Positions 13,126 to 29,800 of a DNA stretch of 64,000 nucleotides are shown in pieces. The stretch's first letter is position 1; every line of letters begins with the position of its first letter. The DNA is from Raillietiella orientalis (Eukaryota). The stretch is taken from assembly GCA_036172245.1 (NCBI GenBank), contig JAYWIR010000045.1, positions 62,001-126,000 on the forward strand, written 5' to 3'. Both the position numbers and the translations under genes were made by a program. Below the pieces are notes generated by a model. It worked only from the letters and a program-made list of their open reading frames with translations, had not been told where the DNA came from and searched no databases.

Positions 13126-16100
13126 AATGGACGGAATGCGACGTCCGAGCGAGCGCAACTCTTTACTTGGCGAGCATTCCCAGCAGCAAACAGAGCTTGG
13201 CGACGGGAAAGGAGGGAAGAAGCGAGGGGCAGCGCAGCAGGGGTCACCGGACACGGAAGGGTGAAAATCCGTGCAGAAACCGCAGGCAAGTGTTCGTTTC
13301 GAAGATCGCGTGAAATTCGCCTTCTGCAGAGTTCCGAGATACTTCCCGCGTTCGGACGAACGGTTGCAAGCCCAAAAACGAAGGCACGAAACGAATGGGA
13401 ACATTTCGAGTACGCTAACGAGAAATTCGGCACGCGTACGTGAAAGGGCTTGCACGCAACTTTTCGAAAGGGAGTGTACGCAGCCGAGCTGGGAACGCTC
13501 GCGGCGAGGGCGACAGCACCCTTCGTTTCTCTCGCCAACATCGACACTTTGAGCACCGACAAGTTTTTGAGAACACACCGTCGTGACGGACAGTTTGGTG
13601 GGTGGGAACACTGCACGCCACGACACGCTTTACTCTCCGAGTAGGTGTGAATCACTATCAAAAGTATGCTAACGATGAATTCGTCACCGATGCGACGTTG
13701 TTAGCAAGAAATGAATCTATGAATTAGTTATCCTCTATGAACCAAGCTTCAGAAGTTATTTCACGAAGTATTTGGTGTCTGTAAAGCAGGCATTTCAATA
13801 TGAAATCAAGTTCCATATGCCAAGAATATATCGTAGTTGAGTGTTAATGGGAATGATTATTCCCTTGTACTTTTTTTATTTCATGTCTATCATTATCATG
13901 TACAGCACAAGACCAATATGGAACAGCATTTTTCTAGCTTCTTCAAATGTTTTCTAAGTCTCCTTAAGAACAAAAAAAAAAATAGGAATTTCCCATTTGA
14001 TGATATTAATTAAATAAATTTCCATAATATAAAGTATAGTGGGCTATGTATTGTCTCCAAGGTATGGAGCTCCTTAGGGGATGCAATAAGATTAGCTCAA
14101 TAGTTCAATCAGAGGAAATAATTTGAATGCACGAAAAACGACGAGCCATCCACTACTGTAAAAGCTCCTGTAAATCCCGGGTTTCCGAGGGGGATGCAAA
14201 GAACTTCGAGCCTCTGCAGGTGCTATGGAAAGTACCGAAAGCACTGCGATTGGGTCAAGACCTATCAAGCTCTTCTGTATACATGACGTGCCAAGGATGT
14301 CAAACGATTAGGGTATTCACTCCTTGTGAAGGAAGGAAATATGGACTATTTGAATCCTGACGTTGCTTCTTCATGTCTGCTTCGTCAAGCTTTCTTGCGG
14401 TACTCCTACTAAACGAGCTCTGGGCTGTTTCTTCGAGCGTACTTTTATATATTTAGCAATAAAGGATCGATGGTTGCGTTGACGTCGAGCAGTGCCTCGG
14501 ATGCGGTGTTTGAGATTGCAGTCTCAGGGTTTTGTCATGTGTCATGTGACTCTGATGTGAGTTTCCTCGGACGCATGCCAGTGAATTCTCCTTACTCTTT
14601 ACTCAGATATGTGGCAGTATAGTACCCCACTTCAGTACAGTGAAAGACTGGAAATCAGAAACGATAGCAGGAAGGAAGGAACGAAAGAGTAGGCGAAAAA
14701 AGACAGATATTGCAACAACGGACTCACACTCTATCCATCTGTCCCCAGCGCCTACGGGAATGGCAACCCGTCAACAAACTGAGATTCGACTTATGTAGAT
14801 TCGGACGCCGCCGTTGCAGCTGTGGTCACCGAACAGCCCTATGAAGCCAACCTCCTCGCCCACTGCAATTACTCTTACTAATGCGTTGCCAGGGTTTCCC
14901 TTACGGCTATCATCGTCATCGTCGCTGCTATTGCTCTTTCCACCCTCATTATCTGGCATTACTGAAGATCAGCAGAAGCAGATGCAACCAATTCTTTGCC
15001 CATGAACATTTTCTGCCCTTCCTCTCGTGCATTCATGGGAATGACTCGTCAGAATGGCAAAAAGTCCAATGCTGCCATATTGTTCCTTAGGTTCACTGTT
15101 TCTGCCACTTGTCTCCTGTGTATGCTTTGCACGAGCATCTTTTACATTTCCAGTATCTTTGTGTTTGAGATCGACTAGGATGTGAACACCATCAGAATCC
15201 TTATTCTTCCCTGCCATCTTCTGATTTCACTTTCCCATGACCATTATAGTAGGTTTTCGGTTTGCCTGGTACAGGACATCCAGAGGCTCATAGGTGCACC
15301 TCGGTACACCTTAGTAATCGAAGTACTTCCCACTTGTAAGTCGATCTCATTTCCATCTAACCGGCGCTTACATATACATCTCCACCTGATTCTCCTCCCT
15401 CTACTACGTATTCTTTTCTTTAAGGAAGAGAAAGAAGACGATTTAACGTTGATAGTCAAACAAAAGAAAAACATTCGACTGCAAATCAGAGACCGACAAC
15501 TCAGAAGATAGGTAAAGGTAATTTGCTATGTAGCAGGGCGGGGATAGAATGGTTGAATGTTCTTACAGTTTTACTCCTAATAATCAGGCCATCAAAGTCA
15601 GATGTAGCCATCGCGTTCACTTTTAATACAGTGAGTGAGCTCTGTGGTAACTTTGTGATCATCGGTATGGGCGATTATGTTCCCCACAGTTCCGTTTGTT
15701 TTCACTCAAAACCCAGGATCATCCGGTTGCATACACATGAAGGGTGAAAACAACCAAAACTACGTTAAACCACGTTACATTGAAAACTATCAAAACTACT
15801 AGAAGAATTCGGAAAAGAAACTAGAGAGTGATACGCGACTACTAAGAAAGCGCAAAGGAGCTGATAATGAAAGAGTTCGTATTTTATCCAGAAGGGAGAA
15901 TCAATTGCAAGAAGCCTACCAACATGGGATCATTGAATAAGTAACTTATGAAAGATGAATAGGAGTGATGTTGCTAGTGTGGATGTAGTGGTTTCGATGA
16001 GGTGTTTCGGAAGACGATGCTTTGAGAGATGCGGAAGGTTGTGACATCTTCAAGTGCTTCGCACTGCTTACGATCAAGTCCGATCGATCAACTTCCCTCC

Positions 16101-17478
16101 ACTCCTATATAAGATTCCCTGAATCCTGATCATTTGCCTTTCACATTGGATTCTGATAAAGGAATTTAGTGTAGAGAAACGGGTTTCCTATAACAACGGG
16201 TCCAGGAAATCAGAAAGAAAAGTATCCATATTAATTAGGTTGGCTTTATGCTACGCAACTTACTGAAATGAGATGCCTGATTCAAGTGGTGTTAATTTAA
16301 TTCAACTGAATTAATACTAAAAACACGCATGCATTAAATTTATAGTTTTGAAAACCTGCAAGGAAGTTGTCAGATTAGGTAGACAGAAAAATGATTCAAG
16401 AATTGTATGCAGTTTCCGAAATCTAATGAACAGTTTAATCGATATAAGATGAGCATTTTATTTCTTATGACAGTAGCCTTAATGTTTAGAGAAAGGCAAA
16501 TCTCTCCAAACATGACTTTTACTTTCACATTTTATAGAATGCAATCCTTGAAAATTTGAGCATGTCTCGCACACACTTTGTTTTTTGAGCTAATTGTGGT
16601 TACGAATTTTAATCTTGTCGATGGCGCGAGCAATACTATGAATGAGTTTTCCACGCATATATCACTGCTCTTATTACATTAATGAATCATCAACTAATTT
16701 TTTTTTTTTTTTTAAAGAAAAAGGAGCCTCCCAGATGTGCTAAGTTATAAATACAAAGGTACTGTTGTACCAAACATACTCTTGATCTGAATTCCTTGGT
16801 ATGGCTTGTTTCCTAACTCCGAGGGCTTGTTATTCAAAAGTTTTGAACTTTCAAATTTGTAAAGGAAGAACATCCCAAATTCATTGTATTATTTTCATAA
16901 CATTCAACTTGCATAACATTCGAAACTTGATCATCGAGATGCTTAAGAATAGATGTCCTATTGATTTGAGAGAGAGAACAAGGTATATCAGCATTTAATA
17001 GAATGCATTTAAATTATGCTGTGAAGTTTTGCATTGTTATCGATACGGAAATATGAATTATGAATTCTGATTATCTTTCATTAATTGGCTGAAAAGTAAC
17101 AAAACTTTTCCAAACAATAGGAATCTCTTTCCATTTGAATTTCTATGAAAAAGTTTTTTTTTTACTTTATTCGACTATATTTATTATACCCAGTTACTAG
17201 CGCATAAAGAACTCTTGCAATCCTGTGCTACAAAAAACATCCAGTTATGGAACGGTTTACAATTAAAGAAGATAAAAGAATTTTCACATTTCCGCGATTT
17301 TCTATCGTTATAGCGTATATGCTTTGATTAGTTTAAACCAATTGAAAGTTCCGTGTTCGAGTAAAGATTTATGTCTACTTTATAAATATACTTCATACTT
17401 GTGGGGATCCATGTATAAGCCCCATCTGTAAGAAAATTCAATTTAAATTTCCCTCATGTATTCAAGCATGTGCTAGTT

Positions 17479-20028
17479 ATGATCAAAAAGAAACTTAAAG
17501 ACATATTTGGTTTTAATGACTTTAAAAGTGAAACTCAAGAAAAAGCAATTGAAGAAATAATCAATGGTAACTTTTTGTCTGTTTTCTTGTTTCGATTGTG
17601 GAGCCTATTTTAAACTTATGGCAAGCTCTTAATCTTCACTATTTATGAAATGCCATGCTTTTTCGAATTATAAAGTGGTTTGTTCTAAAGCATTAGAAAT
17701 TTGTCATCCTTTGTTTACACTGACTCTCGTTTTTTATTACTGTTAATATATATACATATATTAATCAAAGTAATGAATCAGCCCATGCATATCGTTCCCA
17801 TGCTATTCATGTTATTCGCATGTTTGCATAATGTGGCATTGAAGATACACTACAATTTCAGTGTAAGGAGATTTTCACCTATTTCAGGTAAACAAGATGT
17901 TTTTATATCAATGCCCACAGGATCAGGGAAGTCCTTGTGCTATCAGTTGCCAGCAGTTCTGGAAGAAAATTGTGTAACTATAGTGATATCACCATTAATT
18001 GCTTTAATTAAGGTTATTCCAGTTAATGTTAACATTTAAATGATTCATTGTAATTGTTTTTTTTTATAATAAAATTGTTTAAGAAATGTATTCACACATG
18101 CACAAACTTATCTCCATGTAGGATCAGCTTGATCATCTTGCACACTTGAAAATATGTGCTCGATCAATAAATTCAAAAATGAATATGACAGAAAGAAAAG
18201 AGGTATACAGCATTCTGACTAGAAAACAAACTGCTTTAAAACTGTTGTATGTTACACCTGAACAAACAGTTTCTGAAGGATTTCAAGTTGGTATTATTCA
18301 AAAGTGACAACTGTTAATTTCAATGTAGAAAATATTTTCCCATCTGCAACAATTTAAAAAATTAAAGTATATAGTAGTAGATGAAGCACATTGTGTTAGT
18401 CAGTGGGGCCATGATTTCCGCCCTGATTACTTAAAACTTGCCAATTTACATGATAAATGCAAAGGAGTAAAGTGGATTGCTCTTACTGCAACTGCTACAA
18501 GTTTGGTAAAAAGATGAGAATTAGTATGATTAATATTATCTTTTCATATTTTATCAGATGCAAAAAGATATCATAAAACAGTTAGGGCTGCAGATCAATA
18601 CTGTGATGTTTCGTACACCATGTTTTCGTGAAAATTTATTTTATGATGTATTTTACTTGGACAGTTCATTAAATGACCCAGTAGCAAATCTAAGTGATTT
18701 TATTCGAGAATGCCAGAAGAAAAGCTCCTTGTCTACAACACCTTCTGGCATTATATACTGCAGCACCCGAATAAGCACTGAAGATCTTGCTGAGCAATTG
18801 AAGAAGAAACGATGGCCTGTGAAAGCTTATCATGCAGGACTAAGTGCTTTGGAGAGGAATACTATCCAAAATGAATGGCAGGAGGATGTAACACCAATCA
18901 TAACAGCTACTATTAGTTTTGGAATGGGTGTTGATAAAAAGAATGTGAGGTAATTTACACAGGTTTATGCGTGCATCTGGAGAGGGAAATACAGATTTGT
19001 AGTTCACTGGTCTGTGCCACAATCTCTAGCATCTTATTATCAGGAATCTGGGCGTGCAGGGCGAGATGGAAAGTTATCTTGGTGTCGTATATACCATTCA
19101 CAGGAAGACAAAAAGCGTGTGGAATATTTGCTTCGTAATGATGGGGCTGAAAAGGCACTTAACAAGCATCCTGATCATGCTATCAGGAATTTTGAAGTTG
19201 CCATCAAATACTGTGAAAGTTTAAAGTAAAATTATTTGCTTACAACATATGATTTATTTGACTTTTAGATGTCGGCATGCTGCTATTGCTTCCTATTTTG
19301 GAGATGACAAACCAAATTGTAATAAAAAATGCGATGTATGTAAAGACCAGAAAGCTGTGGAAAGATCCTTACAGTACTGGAGACAACCAATACTTGGCAG
19401 TCAATTACAAATGCCTGAATCAACATAGTATGTATAGCAAACAACAGTGTTTTGTAAACAAACAGTAATGGGAAACGGCATCGGAGTATGCAAGCTTTAC
19501 AACCTCAACAAGCATTACAGTTCATACAAGAAGAATTAGCCAAAAGAAGAAAGCATAATAATGATGTGACTCAATCAACTAGAAATGACAATGCAATGCA
19601 GTACACCATCCAGGCAGCAGAAGCAAGTGAAAGAAAGATAATAGGATTGACTGCACAGGTATGTTTCCAGTACCAATGTACAAAACTGTGATGTTACAAC
19701 AAAATAAGTTCTTACACATTCATACAACAAATAATTAAACTCTGTAGACTAGACAGAACTATTTGAATTTATTACAACTGGAGATACAGAAAAATCAGCA
19801 AGTAGCTGATTCTGATATGCAGCTGAGCTCTGAACACACTGTTAGAGCTGAGTATCAGATATTTTCAAAAACTCAAGTTATCACAATGTACAGAAAGAAA
19901 ATGATGGATCTGGTAAGCATTATAATTTAGTATTTATTCCAATTTCTTGTATCATGCAGATAAAGACAATTCGTATGGCAACAGCAAATAATGTGATGTA
20001 TAAATTTTCATTTGAACCTGACCATTAA
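17479..20028 (+). CDS. RECQL5: RecQ5-type ATP-dependent DNA helicase, multi-exon
   Basis: [80 protein letters not shown], Zn-binding CRH...C...CDVC. The C-terminal IIGLTAQTRQNYL...EYQIF...MYRK resembles the RecQ5 IRI/KIX region. TAA at 20026-20028, AATAAA near 20096. Confidence 0.88.
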
Positions 20029-20186
20029 CAAAATTAATTTCAAGCATGAGAACATTTACAATATGTGGTCCAGACTCTGGAAGAATATGTCTATAAATAA
20101 AACAGTGGCAGTTAACATCTATTCAGAATTGTTAATCAACCTGCCACTAAAATTTTGATATGTGAAACTGAATTCTAATAGTCATT

Positions 20187-20500
20187 TCAAACCTTGAGTT
20201 CTCCTTTATTGTTTCTTCTAAACTCTGCACTATCACTTTGTGCATTCTTGATTTGCAATTTTTTTATTTTTTCGACATCCTTTATTCCGCGTGACTCCTC
20301 TTGTTTCTGACGTTCCTCAATTGCATTCAGTATTCTTTCTCTATGCATTCTCTGGAGTAAATCTTAAGTTTACTTCCCGATTTATATACTTATTTCGGGG
20401 ATGATACAAAAACTAATTAATTACTTTGCCAAATGAATAAGCTCTGAATGAATTGATAGATATTTCAAGATAGACGGGCCCCTTTTAACACTTACTATCT
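20187..20500 (-). CDS. 3' exons of a small unknown gene convergent with RecQ5
   Basis: Open, charged exon 20187-20351 (RMHRERILNAIEERQKQEESRG...ELKV*) joined in frame by GT-AG intron 20352-20424 to an upstream exon. The 5' end is not resolved. Confidence 0.4.
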
Positions 20501-22480
20501 CTATGTGAAAAACAATAATACCCGTTCTTTACAGGAAACTTTTGTGGGAAATACAAAGCACCGTGAAACAGTGCATGCAAACAACATGGTCGTTCAAATT
20601 AGGTGCTTTCAAATAGTCGGGAATGCTCATACGGTTCAAACGTGATCATTCTATGAGCAATTGAAATTCTGCATTTTTTTTTCCTTCTCTGCGTTATGAA
20701 TTTGAAATTGTGGACAGGATTTATTTTTTACCCACCATTTTTACATGCACTGCGGTTTTACAAGTAATCAACTTTCTAAACCTCTAATGCCGAAACAAAA
20801 TTACCAATACCAGAAGCAAAAACATAACAGAATATATTTACGGGTGGAGTAGAGTCCTCTACATCGCCAGGAGTAGAAAAACAAATGTTGCCCATTCCAA
20901 GATAACTAAGCAGTAGTACAGCAGGGAGGGGAAGGGGGAACTTACAACTTATTGACTTTGCTTTTTGAAGGTTTGCAAATACACTGATCCCAGTCGAAGA
21001 AATCCAATATTGACACATGCTGGAGACACGCCGTCTCTACGCCATGTTATGGCTAAGGTGTACCTCATATTTCGGAGCATTGCTTTTGCAGAAATTCTCT
21101 CAAAGCATTATGCTGCAGCAATCATACACATTTCTTCGTGCCTTACATTAAAAACGTGAACATTCGAGCCCTCTTTTTTCCATCCTGAAAATTCAAGATC
21201 AGAGGCAAAATTGTGCTCAAACTAAAAAGACGACTCAGACGGCGTGGAATTTTCTCGCGTTTAGAATCTTGTTGGGTGAATAAAATCAAAGAAATTATCC
21301 ATGAAACGAAACGTTAAAGTGCTCGGCACTTCAAGTCAGGAATTCTCAGTTTGTCGATTTTGTTCTTTAAACTATTGCAATATCAAATCTTTGCAAACTC
21401 GCACACTGATCGGGAAGATCATTCGTCCACAAAAAGAATGCACTGATCATTGGAACAATTATTCCTGAATTCCATCAAAAAAGATATGCCTTATTACTCA
21501 TCATACCTTATCACACCTCATTTTTCATATGTATAGTTTTAAAAAGTTACACATACGATAAGTATAAGATAGCAGAAATCAAGAATTTATTGTTTTTGCT
21601 GAAAAGGCATCGAACGAGGTTTTGATACGAGTAATACGAAAAGTCAGTGAACAGATTGATGCCTATATTATGCATTTAGAATGATATCACATATGACATT
21701 CTGTGCATTCTGTCCGATAGCAGGTTCCACATTCAGAGGTTTATCTAGAAAATCTATTTATCTTATAGGCAATTCATTTCCTAGAGCAATATATAATTCT
21801 ATTCTGTGTAGTCTTGGAAATCATATTTCCTTATGCACCAGAAAATATGAAACCAATGTTAAATAAGAATTCCATTATTCTTTGCCTGAGAATTCAATAG
21901 TTCAAAAGCTTTCAAAATCCATTTTGCCATTCATCCTTAAAACTGCTTTCAAGAAGAACAGATATTTTAAAAAGTCTTACGTTAAAAGAATTATGCGAGC
22001 AATGTTTTCTTAAAGATTCAAACCAAATCTGTTTCCTTAAAGAGATTTGTTTTTTTTTTTTAATTAGACATTGAGCAGCTATGGCATGCAAGTTTCTCAT
22101 AACCTCCTTAGCTTTGTTAATAAATACTATGAGATATGTCCTGATTAAACATTATTTCGTGGTTTTGCAGTACACTGGTAAATTTAAAATTTCCAATGGA
22201 TATCTTTTCACGGTTATTTTTGCCTTTTTTTTTCTCTCTCCAATTTTTCCGTTTATTTTTAGAAATCCATTTTTATTTTATAATTTTTATAATTTTATGA
22301 AAACACGCCGTGATACAAACCGTGTATTTACAGTTGATGAGGCGTTTTTAAATTCATTTTTGCATTTCCTTGCTTACCTGGTTTGGGGGAATTCGGTATT
22401 TTTTTTAATATAAATGAAGCATTGATTTATGTTGAAAATAATCTTATAGAGAAAACTTTTCAATATGGGAAAATTGCAAT

Positions 22481-24450
<1,970 letters not shown>

Positions 24451-25296
24451 ACTGATCTCAGAATCTTTTGCTTTTTATTTATGATTATTCCTACATTTCT
24501 CATTCCATCTATTTTGGATAGGATTTTTTTTTTTAAAGTTATAGATCAGCATAGCTAAGCATCCTTTAGTGGTAAAAAAAAAAAGAGATAAATCCATTAC
24601 TTTCAGAATGAATAGAGAAATAAAATTAAATTAAGGAATAAACATCAAGAACAGCTAGTGAAAGATTCATTTTTCCAGTAATACACCATGGGATGCTGAA
24701 ATGCTTTTTGTTGTGATAAACTTTAGACTCATAGTTGTAAAACATACTAATAATTGAATGCCGGAATTTTCCTCAATTTTTTTTTATTAATTTCAATTTT
24801 TTTTAAAAAATGCCTTTTTAGTCACTTCATCAGATCAAGTCACGTTTCTGCTTTATTTATTGTTGCGTTTTCCTAATCCTCTAGCTAGGTATACGTAGAA
24901 TGACAAATGATCATGACTTCTTACATCAATTTTTAAAAATCTCGCTTCAGTTTTGCCTAGAGTAAATATCATTTCAATTCTTTCCCCCTTTTTCCCATTC
25001 ACAGAAGTTTTATTTATGTTTACTGCGTATTTACTCATGCTTCATATTTACTCGTATTTCTCATGAAAATCCACTTGTTTGACCCATAGTATGAGATATT
25101 ACATATATCAATTTTAAAAATGTTATACAAACAATATCTAATTCAGGTTTTGAAACTATGTTGTATACTGTTTGATCTGACGAATATGATAAGATTTTCT
25201 CATGTTGCTGAGACAATTTCGCTTTTGGCAAAGCTGGCAACCTGTTCGAGGAGGACTGTGGTTGTGTGACCTGTGTGTAAATTCGGCATTTTCGAT

Positions 25297-26837
25297 ATGA
25301 CAAGCTTTTATCCTCGAAATGTTGCAGCTTATTTATCGGAAAGACAGCTTTCAGCAAAAAACGAAGAAATTGCTGCCGAATGGAGCTCATTAGAAGAACT
25401 ATATAATAACAGGTTCAACAATGTCTAAAATAGTCATGAAGGGTTTTATCTTCTCACTTATATATATACATTTTTTTCATTTGCATAAATAATTTAAATA
25501 ACAAATTGCAAATAAGCCAAACCTTCTTATGTGTTCTTATCTGTAAATATAATATTGTTAGAGAATTTTATTTCAGATTGTGGCATCAGCTTACATTGAA
25601 ACTTTTAGTACTTATCAAAAACCCAGATTTTTGCAAGGATAATGAGCTCTTGGATCTGTATAACAACTTCATTGCAGATTTCGAAATGAGGTTTGATAGC
25701 CTTGACATGCTTGTATAGATTACCGTTATTTTAGAATTAATCCTCTTTCTTTGGTGGAAATAATTGTGTATGTTCTGAAGCAAATTACGGATTCACGTGA
25801 AGCGATTGCTTTTATAGATAGATTAGAACCCAAAGTAAAATCTAAAAAAGAAGCTGTTATATTGTGTAAAATATTAAAAGGCCAAGTATGTCTACATGGT
25901 TTGCATAGTACTGCAGAATGCAAGGTAGTTTTCTCAGTTCTGTTGATGTTAATAAAGAATGTTTAGAAAATTATTGAAGAAGCTGAACAATTATTAGATG
26001 AATTGGATGGTATATCTGCTGTGCATGCTCGTTTTTATGAACTTACAAGTGATTATTATTGCATACAGGTAAGTAAACAATATGTTTGTAATAATTTCAC
26101 AACCATTGAAAGGCCAAGCATGCAGATTACTATCATAGCGCTTTGAGGTATTTGGGATGTATTGATATCAAAGATTTATCTGAGTCTGAACAATCAGATC
26201 GGGCATTTTACTTAGGACTGGCAGCTTTATTAGGCGAAGATATTTATAATTTTGGAGAATTAGTGAGTAGATGCTAAACTGGGATATGGGTAAATTTACT
26301 ATTCAGTTGATTCATCCTATCCTTTTATCGTTGCAAAATACTGACCGATCCTGGTTGATAGATCTTTTGCATGTTTTCAATGCAGGAGACATTAAAGGAT
26401 TTGAAAAGTTGCAACCTCAGTACCAAACGCAACCTGATCTCCTGGCTCATACATTGCAGTTGCGTCAGAAAATTTGTCTTCTTTGCTTAATGGAGGTATG
26501 TACATGTATTCTGTTATGTTGAGATGTTTGTGATCTATAGATGACATTTAAACGACCTGCATCTGATCGTCAAATGTCATTTGATGAAATTGCTGCTGAA
26601 ACCAAGCTTCCTGTTGATGAAGTGGAACTATTAGTTATGAAAGCTTTATCTTTGGGTCTTGTGCGTGGTTTCATTGATCAAGTGAACAGGAAAGTATATC
26701 TTACTTGGGTGCAACCTCGAGTGCTTAATACAAAGCAAGTGTCAAGTATGATGGAGAAATTGGATTTATGGTGTAAGGAAGTGAACTCCATGGAACTTCT
26801 TATTGAAAAGAATGCAAAAGATATTTTGATATATTGA
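25297..26837 (+). CDS. PSMD13: 26S proteasome non-ATPase regulatory subunit 13 (Rpn9), multi-exon
   Basis: [52 protein letters not shown] domain [22 protein letters not shown]...TWVQPRVL. Canonical short introns. Confidence 0.95.
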
Positions 26838-29800
26838 AAAGCAAAAAAAAAAAATTGGGTTTATCAAATACCAAGTTAAATAAATGTCCATAACATAATG
26901 ATATGAAGAAAGAACTGTATTTTTGCTTTTGTGTGGTTTAATGTGTTTCAGGAAGTTATGGGATCAAGTAAATTCTCGTCACAATTTACTGAATCATTAT
27001 ATAACAGTCAAAAGTACAAAATTCCAAACATTTGCTGTCTTATTGCCCTGGTGGGTTGTTACCTGGGAAATTCTTCATATGCAATCACTAAGACGGATAA
27101 TTTTCTAGCCTGGGTGCACAACAGAAAAAGCATTAATGATTGATTCAGTTTAAAATTTCAAATTCGAAAGTATTCTTCAATCTTCAGTCTTTATTTGGAA
27201 TCTGTGTTTTGTTTATACGATGTTGACAATCAAGTTTTTCGCTTGGTGTGTGGACGTAGGATGCCACTGCATTTTATCGTAATTTTTGGGAATTAATTTT
27301 TGAATTAAGTTCCTTCATCTCATAAAATTAATTTGGCAAAATGCTTATTATTGGTGGATATGATTAGAATTTATCTAATGGCCCTTCCCTTTTTCTGGTA
27401 GCGAAGTGCATCTTTATCTCAAATTTCGAGATAATGGTCTGGAAGGACTTCAGAGATGTATCAGCATCAAGGCGTTTCACCAGTAAATCTGCTCAGTCGT
27501 ACAGCTGCATTGGTTTCAAAGCGCAGATTCCATGTTTCATAAAGCAATGCTCTCTGAAATGCATCAAGTACTTGATAAGGTGTTTAGTTTCTTGTGCAAA
27601 CTTACTAATGTGGTGCAGTCTAAATGGGCATAAATTTTGAATATACAGATTATGCAATCAAACTAAAATCTCGCGATAACACGAAGCCATTAGCGTCGAA
27701 ATTTCCGACTTTTGCTGTTTGTAGCAAAAAAGAAAATGCCTCGTTCCTTTAACCTGCACGGTGTATTTTTTCGTGTACACTTGATGTATGCTGATACTTT
27801 CAAAAAACGCTATGCCTTCAGGAAAGAGGTCTGGTCTATTGCATGATACCAACGGAACGATCGTTTCATGCAATTTTCATGTATTTCCGGCTTGGCATGA
27901 AAATGCTTGATAACTAAGCAAGTACAAACTTCATGAGCATGAAACTGATCGCAGACAGCGGTCAAGGAGCTGTGATATGAGAAACCTTGAGACCTGGACG
28001 CATAACTTTTTTTGGTCCATAGAGATGAAGTTCGGTCATAGGCCGCTAAGTGGTTCAGAACTGTTTCCGTTTTACTCCCAAGGAATCATTAACTTTGGGG
28101 ACAAACTTCAGAGAGGTTTAAGAAAAAAGAAGCAAGTCAATTTGTCACTGTGTAGTGGGATTGCAATCCAGTAACAGATTTTTGGAAGATTTCTGGCAAC
28201 ACTGCCAAATGATGTGACAGCAAGTACAAACTAAGCGGCCGCCATATGATGTACCAAAAACAACTCACTTGGACGTCCTTATTTCTGACTGCAGTAATTA
28301 TGGCCAAAATATTTGTACTTTTCTGGACAAATTCGTCTGTTTCCGTAAATGTGATTTTCTGATTGAGAATCGAGTATTTACTATGCTATAGCAAAGGTCT
28401 CCCGAGAGCCTGCGACGAGATTAATGATTTGCCATCCAAGAAGGACGGCAAGCAGAAGAACCCAAGAGAGAATTAAATGGGAATAAAGTTGACAAAAACC
28501 CCAACGGTTGAGCAGTTGGAGTGTTTAAGAGTTCTGCTATCCATCATCACTTTTCGCGATCACATGCTCAAGATGAACAAGCCTTTGCCTTCGGTCACAT
28601 AATGGGATTATTAATCGTCTGTTCTGAAGACAAAAGGCTAAAAGCTACTTCCAGAAATCCATCGTTCGAACACTCTTGGAATGAAGCACAGTGGGAGACC
28701 CTAAGTGCAAGAAAAAGAGGAACAGCGAGTGAAAATTGCAATGGAAAAACCATTCCTGCAGGAGAGCAGAAAGTGAGGAGTTTCACAGGACAACTCATGC
28801 CGGATTTAAAATCACAATTCATTATTATTAATTTTTTTTTGTATTATTAATTATTAATTATTTTTTATTATTCTTAATTTTTAACCGCACATGTTTAAAG
28901 TAGAAAGTGAATTTGTACGAAGGAGCAAGTTCCTATTCATTAGTACATTCCATTTGAGAGAATTCCTGTGCATGCGGTAAAAGTGACTAATTTTCGAAAT
29001 GCACAGACTTCATTATAGCTGGTAACCCTAATTCCAAGAAACTGTCTCAGTCATTTGGCAAGTGATCCAAGAGTCAGGTTTACAAGATGTCGACATGAGG
29101 CTCCAATCTGATTCTTCATCGCAAAATATCTTTTCAGGAAAATTCATCATCATGAAATTCATCCCACAACTATCCATCATGGGGAAAGGATAAACGATCA
29201 TCATCAGAAGTTTCAATTTCGAAAAACAGGCAGACTCGAAAATCTCATTGCTTATTTTCACTAAAGCCTCTTCCCTACGACTGAGATGTATGAATTTGGA
29301 ACAGAGAGTAAGGAGCAGAGGGTTCTCTCTTCCAAGGATACCTTCGGCTGCAGAGCTTGGAAGTTCGCTGATGGTTCTGTGATGAGAGCCTGAAAGCATT
29401 TGGAAATTAGGAGACTGCGTAAATTCCATCCTGTATTCTGTCTGACACGGTAATACGAGGGCTTCCTCCAGCAACCTTACCTTAGCATTGGTTGGCATTC
29501 CCGGTTACGCTGGCGAATAGAATGTTGAAGGCAGGATGGATTTGGATGGTGTCAGTCATGGGGCCAGCAGACATATAGAGAGAAGCTATTAGCTATCAGG
29601 CAGCTTCGTTGAAAATCAAATCATCGCGCGAGGAGTCACCAACTCATGCATAACATCTTATACATTCATCTTGGAGCCAGTGCAAAGACGAAGCATCGTC
29701 CTCTTTGCACAAGTTTCCAAAGACGGGAAACAAACAAAATCATTAGCTAATAATATAGCTTAAATAAATTGCTGCTGCATGCGGAAAACGTGAAATTTCA

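Noticed and set aside
14100..16200. Decayed LTR-retrotransposon integrase remnant
   Set aside because: Only weak hints (CQGCQ, KTNGTV). No LTRs or catalytic motifs can be supported.
29028..29498. 156-aa ORF as a gene
   Set aside because: No recognisable motif or splice structure; probably decayed sequence.
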